Part shown: piece after piece, positions 6,320 to 13,441 of the stretch
Layout: each line of letters opens with the position of its first letter
Position numbering within the stretch: position 1 is the stretch's first letter
DNA from: Candidatus Heimdallarchaeota archaeon
Lineage (GTDB): Archaea > Asgardarchaeota > Heimdallarchaeia > JABLTI01
Direction: 5' to 3'
Assembly: GCA_019058275.1 (NCBI GenBank)
Contig: JAHLVW010000075.1
Span: 1-19,901, forward strand
DNA: 19,901 nucleotides
The notes under the pieces: model-generated
Told to the model about the DNA's origin: nothing
The model's database searches: none
What the model saw: the letters and a program-made list of their open reading frames with translations, nothing else
Program-made: the position numbers and the translations under genes

Positions 6320-7948
6320 ATGATGATGTCTGACTTTCTCAATTGGCGAATGGATCCTTTTCTTCTCGATCCTGTGCCAACAGCGAAAAATGAATGGTTA
6401 ACAGCAAATAAGCTGATAGAACAGCAAAAGCAATCAAAGATATTTCTTAAATCAAATAACCTCAACCTTTATTCCATTATGGTTCGCAAACATGATTTTC
6501 TTGCAGGGGAAAGACTCCTTCAGCGGTTTCCTTATGTTTCTTTACCTTCTGAGCTAGCATTAAATGTTCGTAAACAGTCACTTAGCTTAGCTGAGAGGTG
6601 CCATCATTACTTTATAGAAACTGCCATTAATTATTCTATTAAGAAGTGGCAAGCAAAACTTATTGATTATCTAGAAAACCAGAAACGTTTACCTTTCCCT
6701 TTGTTCCGGATGAGTGATCATTGGCACGAGTTTCTTAAGCAAGAACGTGTGCAATTCCAATCATCGCGTGGTGAACACTTCCATCTACCAACTCTATTGA
6801 CAGGTGATCTAGCTTATTTTTTAGGGGTAGTCATTGGCGATGGGCACTTGAATTATCACAATATAGAATTAGTTGATTTTTCACAAGAACATATGCTCAT
6901 GCTTCAAGCACTAGCAAAAAGATTATTTGGTATTGAAGGAACGATTTCTGGAGAGAAAAAGATTTGGCTTCTGCATTTGAACAACAAATGGCTTGTGCGA
7001 CTGGTTAATTTCCTAACAAACCAACCAATAACAGGGAAGAAGTACCATACATTACGGGAACCACTCATTTTTGTTCTTACAGAGAACTTACGGTGGGAGT
7101 TCTGGAGTGGAGTATTAGATGCCGATGGCTGTTATAAATCGCAGATCGATCTTTGTTCTTCATCTAAACAATTTATAGAAGAATTTGGTGAAGTTCTTGA
7201 TTCTTACAATATCAAATATAAAATACGAGAAATTCGATCACAATCAAGTCTAGGGTTTTCATTGGGTGTTAAAGCTAAATATAAGAATAATCTTAGTCAC
7301 TACTTACATCCAAGACACCCAATTAAACAAAAAGACTTTTCACATTATTTACACCAGAAGAAAGCACCATTATCTAATATTCAACCATTTGAGCGCTTGT
7401 ATATCTACCAAATTAATCCACAGACACTTGTTAATATAAATGATACTACATTCTTTAATTTTGAACTTCTTCCTATGCTCAATGTCACAAATTGCTCAAA
7501 TTATTTACGAATAGTTCGTAACACAAACCATTGGACTCAACAAGATTTAGCAGATTATTTAGAAATACCAAAAGGACGATTAGCATCATATGAATATCGA
7601 TCAAACCTTCCAATTAATTCTCTTAGAAAACTTCTTCCACTACTTCCAGATTCCCCTCCTCACTTAATGTTTTTTCTTAAGCATTATAATCATCAATACT
7701 TTCGCTCTCGGAAAACGTTAGCTCGACTCGATTTAGAACCAGATTCTAGTTTGCTTTCTATCCTAAAATCATTAATAATTTGTCGAGATTACATCATAGT
7801 ACAATGTGAAGAAGAGGAAAAGAAAAGGATTTATACTGAGCTTAGAAATCGTTTTAAATTAGCAATTGTTAAAACAAATACTATTCAAAATTCAGTCTTG
7901 TATCAATATATTAACACTTTCTTTTTGTTGACTACGGAACAAAAGTGA
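6320..7948 (+). CDS. Free-standing LAGLIDADG endonuclease-like protein with XRE-type HTH domain(s)
   Basis: Two LAGLIDADG helices, LAYFLGVVIGDG and FWSGVLDADG, and an HTH YLRIVRNTNHWTQQDLADYLEIPKGRLASYE. No intein N-terminal Cys or C-terminal His-Asn motif is visible. Confidence 0.8.
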   Translation: MMMSDFLNWRMDPFLLDPVPTAKNEWLTANKLIEQQKQSKIFLKSNNLNLYSIMVRKHDFLAGERLLQRFPYVSLPSELALNVRKQSLSLAERCHHYFIETAINYSIKKWQAKLIDYLENQKRLPFPLFRMSDHWHEFLKQERVQFQSSRGEHFHLPTLLTGDLAYFLGVVIGDGHLNYHNIELVDFSQEHMLMLQALAKRLFGIEGTISGEKKIWLLHLNNKWLVRLVNFLTNQPITGKKYHTLREPLIFVLTENLRWEFWSGVLDADGCYKSQIDLCSSSKQFIEEFGEVLDSYNIKYKIREIRSQSSLGFSLGVKAKYKNNLSHYLHPRHPIKQKDFSHYLHQKKAPLSNIQPFERLYIYQINPQTLVNINDTTFFNFELLPMLNVTNCSNYLRIVRNTNHWTQQDLADYLEIPKGRLASYEYRSNLPINSLRKLLPLLPDSPPHLMFFLKHYNHQYFRSRKTLARLDLEPDSSLLSILKSLIICRDYIIVQCEEEEKKRIYTELRNRFKLAIVKTNTIQNSVLYQYINTFFLLTTEQK

Positions 7949-7981
7949 TATTTAGAACCCTTTAAGATTTCTTCTGCTATT

Positions 7982-8183
7982 TTGAATAGAGAAGTTTTTT
8001 GGAGAACAGTCTCACAGAACAGAAGCAAGAGTGAATCACCTTGAATAAAAACTTCTATCGCTGAACGCTCCCCTCGTGCGACCTCATTCCTCCACTTCGT
8101 GGAGACCTCCTTTTATGATCGTCTTCGACACGAGAATCTGAGAAGATACAAAGAAGATGATTTTGCTGTGAAAATCTATTCAA
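7982..8183. ncRNA. Putative structured non-coding element (RNA or ssDNA), function unknown
   Basis: Nested stems: TTGAATAGA(7982-7990)/TCTATTCAA(8175-8183), GAAGTTTTT(7991-7999)/AAAAACTTC(8047-8055), CTCGTG(8073-8078)/CACGAG(8129-8134), CTCCAC-TTC-GTGGAG(8090-8104) and ATCT-GAGA-AGAT(8136-8147). GC-rich core in AT-rich non-coding DNA. Confidence 0.45.
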
Positions 8184-8311
8184 GAAAATCATAAAATACA
8201 TAAAAAAAGCAAAAAAAATGATTTTAGTATATTCTAAAGGGACATTATGGAATCTTCTTTTAGCAAAAAGAAGCCTTCTCCTACCTCCTTTTTTGTGCGA
8301 TTTTTCGAGCC

Positions 8312-8415
8312 TTTCTGTTTTTTTGCGAATTCTAGATGTTTTATAAATTCTAGTTTCCGTTTTTTGGCGATTTTAAATCTCATTCATTGTTTTGGTTTCT
8401 GTTTTCTGACGAATT
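8312..8415. repeat. Three degenerate 20-bp direct repeats at an exact 42-bp period
   Basis: 8312 TTTCTGTTTTTTTGCGAATT, 8354 TTTCCGTTTTTTGGCGATTT, 8396 TTTCTGTTTTCTGACGAATT, separated by 22-nt unrelated spacers. Confidence 0.6.
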
Positions 8416-8602
8416 TAGTGTTTTTTAAACAAAATCTGACAGAATTAAAATGAAGATAATATACAAATCAATAACTGGTATGAGATACTACAAGATTACC
8501 AACAAGTATTCCGTAATAAAACTAAACGGTTAACGAATAGAACCCATAAAATCAAACTCTCTTCAATAAGAAAAAAGGGAAAAGTGCTGTTGAATACAGT
8601 TA

Positions 8603-9079
8603 TTATCCACAATCACAGTCGCAACCACCAAGATCACAATCACCACAGTCACAGTCTCCGCAATCGCAATCTCCACAATCACAGCCGTTGCTACCACAAC
8701 CAGTTAAGTCGCAACCAGAAGTATCACATGTACTATAAGAACGTCGACGACGACCACTGCTATCATAGGAGCAGCAACAACAACAAGAACCAAAACAGAA
8801 CGATAATATTTCAAAAATGATGAAAAGTGGAAAAGTAAAACAATAGTACCATCTAAATTTTCGCATAGGTTCCCCTGGTTTAATCTGATAACTGCAATTA
8901 GCACATATTGTTGCGTTTACTGGATTTTGACGACTACAACTAGGACAGTAAATCACATTGGGTTTGGGGACAGCTTGTTGAGGAGGAGGTGTAGTAGCAG
9001 GAAGTTGTGAGCCACAATGTCTGCAATAAATATAATTAGAAGCATTCTCATTCCCACAATTTGGGCAAATTTTGCTCAT
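8603..9079 (-). CDS. Double zinc-ribbon membrane protein with Cys/Asp/Gly-rich C-terminal tail
   Basis: CPNC..CRHC and CPSC..CANC ribbons, a Pro/Gln linker, a hydrophobic helix WYYCFTFPLFIIFEILSFCFG, then CCCCC and (GDCDC)n. Confidence 0.8.
   Translation of the reverse strand: MSKICPNCGNENASNYIYCRHCGSQLPATTPPPQQAVPKPNVIYCPSCSRQNPVNATICANCSYQIKPGEPMRKFRWYYCFTFPLFIIFEILSFCFGSCCCCCSYDSSGRRRRSYSTCDTSGCDLTGCGSNGCDCGDCDCGDCDCGDCDLGGCDCDCG
8606..8686 (-). repeat. Coding tandem repeat (15-nt unit, CDCGD) in the Cys-rich tail
   Basis: Protein reads GCDCGDCDCGDCDCGDCDLGGCDCDCG; synonymous codons differ between units. Confidence 0.7.
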
Positions 9080-9183
9080 AGCTAAAGCTCACATACCAAC
9101 CCAAATATTATATTTAAAAGATTTAATCTTCTTTTAGCTTTTGGTTAGTAGATAATGAAATTAGGCTATAGATTTACAGTCAC

Positions 9184-10074
9184 TTAAACTTTCATTTTTA
9201 AAAGCCATTTTTTATTGTATTCACCTATATACATGAAGCCAATAGCCTTCTCTCCAACATGGGTGCCAACAAGTGAACCAGCTTCTTGAACGATAATCCT
9301 TTTGTTCTGTGTGTTATGAGTTTCCATAAGTTCTAGAAGTTCCTGAGCAGTTCCTGGATTTCTCACGTGCCAAATAAAAATAATGTCAGTAATTGCTTTT
9401 TCAAGAATAATGGGAGCAATAAATTTAAGTCGTTTTACAACTTCTTTTCTTCCTATAAGAGTACCACCTGAAACAATAGAGCCATCATTGAAATAAACAA
9501 CAGGTTTTATTCTAAGTGAGGAAACTAAGAATTTTTTTGCCCAACCAACCCTTCCACTACGATATACAGCATCAACACTATTTAAAACAACTACCAAACG
9601 TGCTTGAGGAATTAGCTCATCTAAACGCTTAAGAATTTCTTCTTTTGTTGCTCCATTCTTAGCCATTTTAGCTGCTTCGATAACAAGTACCCCCAAAGTT
9701 GAAGTAGCTACTCTTGAATCAACAATTGTAATGTCATCTCCTTTAAATGTACTACTAATTCTTAATGCATTTTGATACAATCCTGAGAAATTTTTTGACA
9801 AAACAATACATATAACTGTATCTGATTCAGCAAGAGCTTTTTGAAAGGTTTTTACAAAATCAATATTTGGAGGAATAGCAGAAGTAGGAGGTTCTACTGA
9901 AGTTTGAAGTTTAACATAAAATTCTTCTTTGGTAATTGTTCCCCAATCACCATAGGTTTTATAGACTTCTTCACCAAAAATCACTTGAAAGGGAATTACA
10001 TGAATACTATATTCTTCAATCAACTTTTTAGGGATATCACAACTACCATCTGTTACAATTGCTATTTTTTTCAT
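9184..10074 (-). CDS. degV: DegV/FakB family fatty-acid-binding protein (intact)
   Basis: IVTDGSCDIP, PTSAIP, LSKNFSG, VDSR, SGRV, IKPV and VGTHVG motifs; SD AAGGAGGA at 10089-10082. Confidence 0.92.
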   Translation of the reverse strand: MKKIAIVTDGSCDIPKKLIEEYSIHVIPFQVIFGEEVYKTYGDWGTITKEEFYVKLQTSVEPPTSAIPPNIDFVKTFQKALAESDTVICIVLSKNFSGLYQNALRISSTFKGDDITIVDSRVATSTLGVLVIEAAKMAKNGATKEEILKRLDELIPQARLVVVLNSVDAVYRSGRVGWAKKFLVSSLRIKPVVYFNDGSIVSGGTLIGRKEVVKRLKFIAPIILEKAITDIIFIWHVRNPGTAQELLELMETHNTQNKRIIVQEAGSLVGTHVGEKAIGFMYIGEYNKKWLLKMKV

Positions 10075-10128
10075 CAGGATTTCCTCCTTGAAGAAATAAT
10101 CAGTAAAATCTTGCTTTTATTGGGATTA

Positions 10129-10401
10129 TTATGCTTTTTGCGTCTGTTTACAAAATAAATAACAGTCACTCTCTCTTACTAAATCATTTAAAATTACAAT
10201 AAATACAAAAGCATCTTTTGGAGAATTAGCTAACCTTTTGAGAAATTCTTCTCGAGGGATAGTTGTTTCATCATTATTACAAACTTGATAAATATCGTCA
10301 ACAAAAATTACACGATATGGAACTATAGAAATATCATATTTCTCAATTAAGTTCTTAGGAAGATCATTAATTCCATCTGTAACAATTGTTACTTTTTTCA
10401 T
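10129..10401 (-). pseudogene. degV: Truncated DegV paralog (N-terminal ~65 aa only)
   Basis: MKKVTIVTDG..DLP..LIEKYDISIVPYRVIF aligns with the other two DegVs up to LANSPKDAF (~10207), then becomes unrelated and stops. GAGGTG SD precedes ATG 10401. Confidence 0.75.
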
Positions 10402-10583
10402 TGAACACACCTCAATCAGTAAAACTATGGAACAACAAAGGAATATTCTTCAAATCATATTTGTTTTAATTTATTTAAAATTGCTCTGATTTTACAGTCA
10501 TAAGAAATTAAAGCTAACAAAATACTTTAGTGATGAAAAATCATGGTATAATAACAATAATTATTTCCATCTATGTGATAGCT

Positions 10584-11291
10584 ATGACAGCAATAAAAAT
10601 AATGATAGTTAGTTTAACGTGTATTGGATCATATCTTTTAGGATCAATACCTTTCTCTGTTTGGGGAGGACAACTAATAAAAGGAACAGACCTTCGGACG
10701 CAACATACCCATAACCCCGGAGGATTCAACGCCATAAGGACTTTTGGACCAGGAATTGGATTAATAATAATGTTCCTTGATTTACTTAAAGGAGTGCTAA
10801 CAATAGCTCTTATAGATCATATATACTCGATACCATATTTTGTGACAGAAGATGCTTCAAATAACTATTACACCATAATGTGCATTCTAGGACCAGCTTT
10901 GTGTGTAATGGGGCACAACTATTCCATTTGGTTAAAATTCAGAGGAGGACAAGGATTAGGAGTTTTAATGGGTGTTTTAATGTACTTTAATCCATTAGTC
11001 TTAATGTTTTATCTCTTAGCATTTATGGTGTTTGTAGGGATTTTCAAAGCAATACCTCGAGTTGCAGGATTTGTTATAGTACTCCTATGCGTACCTGTTG
11101 CGCTCTTTATGCCAATCGGACCACCATGGAGTAACATACTGGTAAATTTGGTCGTTGGAGCAAATGGTTTAGTGCACTTAACAGCAGGATTAATCATCAC
11201 AGGAATGAATTTAGCATTACTAATAAAATTAGTAGGAAATCTATTTACAGGTTCATCAATAGGAAAAAGAAAAATAATAGAAACTAGTTGA
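10584..11291 (+). CDS. plsY: PlsY-family glycerol-3-phosphate acyltransferase, divergent
   Basis: SYLLGSIPF, DLR....NPGGFNAIR, DLLKG and GHNYSIWLKFRGGQG motifs with multiple TM helices. ATG 10584 (after GTGAT) is preferred over the tracked 10530 start. Confidence 0.85.
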   Translation: MTAIKIMIVSLTCIGSYLLGSIPFSVWGGQLIKGTDLRTQHTHNPGGFNAIRTFGPGIGLIIMFLDLLKGVLTIALIDHIYSIPYFVTEDASNNYYTIMCILGPALCVMGHNYSIWLKFRGGQGLGVLMGVLMYFNPLVLMFYLLAFMVFVGIFKAIPRVAGFVIVLLCVPVALFMPIGPPWSNILVNLVVGANGLVHLTAGLIITGMNLALLIKLVGNLFTGSSIGKRKIIETS

Positions 11292-11332
11292 AATAATGAC
11301 TAGTTTCTCATTTTTTTAGTAATCATTGTTGG

Positions 11333-12565
11333 TTATTTTTTACGCTTCTTTTTAGTAGTTTTCTTTCCTTTATTCCTAGTTGCTAAAAGAACGACTACTG
11401 TTAGGAGATATAATGCACCCATACCAACAATTATCCATAGTCCCCATTGAGCAAGGAAAGGAATTTCTCCTATACCTCCATTTCCATTTGGCAGTGTAGA
11501 TGCAATTGTTATATTAAGATCTAAACAATAGAGAGTATTTTCTGGATGACCAACTGGCACTATTATCTCATATTCACTATCACTGTCAAGATTAACAACA
11601 TTGGGTTTTCCATAGATATCACCGTCGAACGTGTAATTCCATAAGTGATTACCTTGATAGTCTACACAATAGAGGTGGTTATCATTAGCACCTACAAGAA
11701 TCTCCTTGTAGTTATCACCATCTAAGTCAACTGTGGTAGACTTGCCAATACTATCACCAAAGTAAGTACTCCAGAGTAAACCTCCTGTACCATTAAAACA
11801 AAAGAGAAAACCATTGTGAGATGAGACAACTATCTCGAGATTAGAATCAGAGTCTAAATCAGAAATAATAGGATCTCTTAATGAACCTCCAGGAAAGAAT
11901 AACCATTCTCGTATCCCAGGATCTCTATAGGCAGATAACATTCCACCGTTAGAAGGAACTACTACTTCTACAGTATTATCATTATCAATATCAGCAGCAA
12001 CAGCATTAGTGCTAATACCAGCACCGATAGGATAACTCCAATCAAAAGAACCAGTATTGTCTAAACAGTAGAAATACTCGTCAGCTGAACCAAAAAGAAT
12101 CTCTTCAACACCATCATCAGTAATATCAACTGCTAGAGGAGTAGGATACACACTGCCACCAGTAGAGTAATTCCATTCTTTAGTTCCAGTGTCTGAAATA
12201 CAATAAACGTTATTGTCTAAACAACCAAACAAAACTTCCAAAGTACCATCATCATCAAGGTCAGATGCAGAGGGACTGCTTGTGATAGCTGTACCAGTAT
12301 CATAATTCCAAAGATGGTTACCGTCATAAGAAATACAATAAGCATTATGATCTAAAGAAGTAAAAACGACTTCTTGGAAGCCATCATCATCAAGATCAGA
12401 GACTTGTGGATTACAATAAATCCCTGCTCCAACAGCATAACTCCATTTTTCTGTGATAGCCATTTCTGCGCTAACTGTGGGCAGAGGATTGAAATTGACT
12501 AGTACCAGAACGTTAGCAAACAAAAAGAGGATAATAAGATTAGTAGTGTAAAATTTTTTTCTCAT
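11333..12565 (-). CDS. Membrane-anchored FG-GAP/VCBS/PQQ-like beta-propeller surface protein
   Basis: Signal peptide, seven ~45-aa repeats (W.Y...P...DLDxDGxxE....D...YC....G), a C-terminal TM helix and a Lys-rich tail. Confidence 0.85.
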   Translation of the reverse strand: MRKKFYTTNLIILFLFANVLVLVNFNPLPTVSAEMAITEKWSYAVGAGIYCNPQVSDLDDDGFQEVVFTSLDHNAYCISYDGNHLWNYDTGTAITSSPSASDLDDDGTLEVLFGCLDNNVYCISDTGTKEWNYSTGGSVYPTPLAVDITDDGVEEILFGSADEYFYCLDNTGSFDWSYPIGAGISTNAVAADIDNDNTVEVVVPSNGGMLSAYRDPGIREWLFFPGGSLRDPIISDLDSDSNLEIVVSSHNGFLFCFNGTGGLLWSTYFGDSIGKSTTVDLDGDNYKEILVGANDNHLYCVDYQGNHLWNYTFDGDIYGKPNVVNLDSDSEYEIIVPVGHPENTLYCLDLNITIASTLPNGNGGIGEIPFLAQWGLWIIVGMGALYLLTVVVLLATRNKGKKTTKKKRKK

Positions 12566-12710
12566 TTAAAATAACCTCTATGAAAAGATTTAATCTATAA
12601 TGATATTTAGCACCAGTTAATTAATAAGAATTTCACTCAACGGTTTGCTGAAGGTCAATCGAAAGTTTAGAAAAATGAATTAGAACTTCAATTAGAGTAA
12701 AAAAAAAGCA

Positions 12711-13394
12711 CTAAAAATGACTATAATTTTGTTCTTTCTTAGGGTGAATTTCCCAAGTATATTGATAATCACTATCAAATTTACTGGGACCCAACTCCTC
12801 ACTGGGAGCAAAAGCAATGCTATCAACTATTTGATCAACGAAAGCAGTAACAATTTTTTCTTCAGCTTCTACTCGAAAAGCAAAACGGAATTTGGGAATA
12901 TATCTGATTTGCAATCTATGATGTTTTCCTTCAACGGAGGTTACTTTAACAGCAAAAGATCTAGCTCGTCCTTTGTTTCTCTTATCTCCAACAGCTTTAC
13001 TTCTGTAAGTAAGAGTGAAGGATTGAATTTCGCTCCACTTGAAATTAGTGCTACCTTTTAGAGTAGTGAATTTAATACCGGAAGAGCTGATGACAATCAT
13101 GTTCCAATTAATGGGCAAACCAATTAACAACAAAAGAGCAAGTACAACAAAAATTATGAGAACAATGAATATGTTCGGTATTTGTGCATCTACCTTTTGA
13201 TTAAAGATAATAACTCCGAAAATAACAGTAAAGAAAAGGGAAACTCCTAGAGAGGTAGAAATGACATGATACCGTTGGGTTATACGAATCTTTCTGTCAT
13301 GTGTGAAAATCTGTTCCATAGTAAACACTCTGATTTCCTTTTGTAAGTTTGAAACAACCATTGACCTTAGTTCATCTTTAATTAAATTTATCAT
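12711..13394 (-). CDS. Two-TM membrane protein with probable bacterial PH-like domain
   Basis: Two hydrophobic helices followed by IVISSSGIKF...FKWSEIQS, a bPH-like pattern. The true start may be a downstream Met (e.g. MEQIF). Confidence 0.6.
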   Translation of the reverse strand: MINLIKDELRSMVVSNLQKEIRVFTMEQIFTHDRKIRITQRYHVISTSLGVSLFFTVIFGVIIFNQKVDAQIPNIFIVLIIFVVLALLLLIGLPINWNMIVISSSGIKFTTLKGSTNFKWSEIQSFTLTYRSKAVGDKRNKGRARSFAVKVTSVEGKHHRLQIRYIPKFRFAFRVEAEEKIVTAFVDQIVDSIAFAPSEELGPSKFDSDYQYTWEIHPKKEQNYSHF

Positions 13395-13441
13395 CAGGTG
13401 ATAGGATTGAGTTTGAAGAAAAAAATGAAGGATGAATCAGT

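Noticed and set aside
6320-7948. Intein interpretation of the LAGLIDADG ORF
   Set aside because: No Hint-domain splice motifs and no flanking extein are visible.
4760-8000. 13-nt inverted match AAAAAACTTCTCT (4760-4772) / AGAGAAGTTTTTT (7988-8000)
   Set aside because: Low-complexity, does not extend, and is plausible by chance in 20 kb of AT-rich DNA.
8055-8160. HDV-like or hammerhead ribozyme, TPP or c-di-AMP riboswitch, or group I/II intron reading of the structured element
   Set aside because: Only isolated short words match (ATCGCTGAA, CTGAGA, an L3-like TCCCCTCGT). The required partner strands and core motifs are absent.
8312-8415. CRISPR array interpretation of the 42-bp periodic repeats
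   Set aside because: Only three degenerate 20-bp units with 22-nt spacers, no palindrome or typical repeat end, and no cas genes.
8247-8453. 68-aa Phe-rich ORF, and a 49-aa Lys-rich ORF on the opposite strand
   Set aside because: Both arise from the T-tract repeat region and show no motif or convincing start context.
8584-8904. His/Asn-rich ORF 8584..8820 (+) and ORF 8704..8904 (-)
   Set aside because: Antisense and alternative-frame products of the Cys-rich gene.
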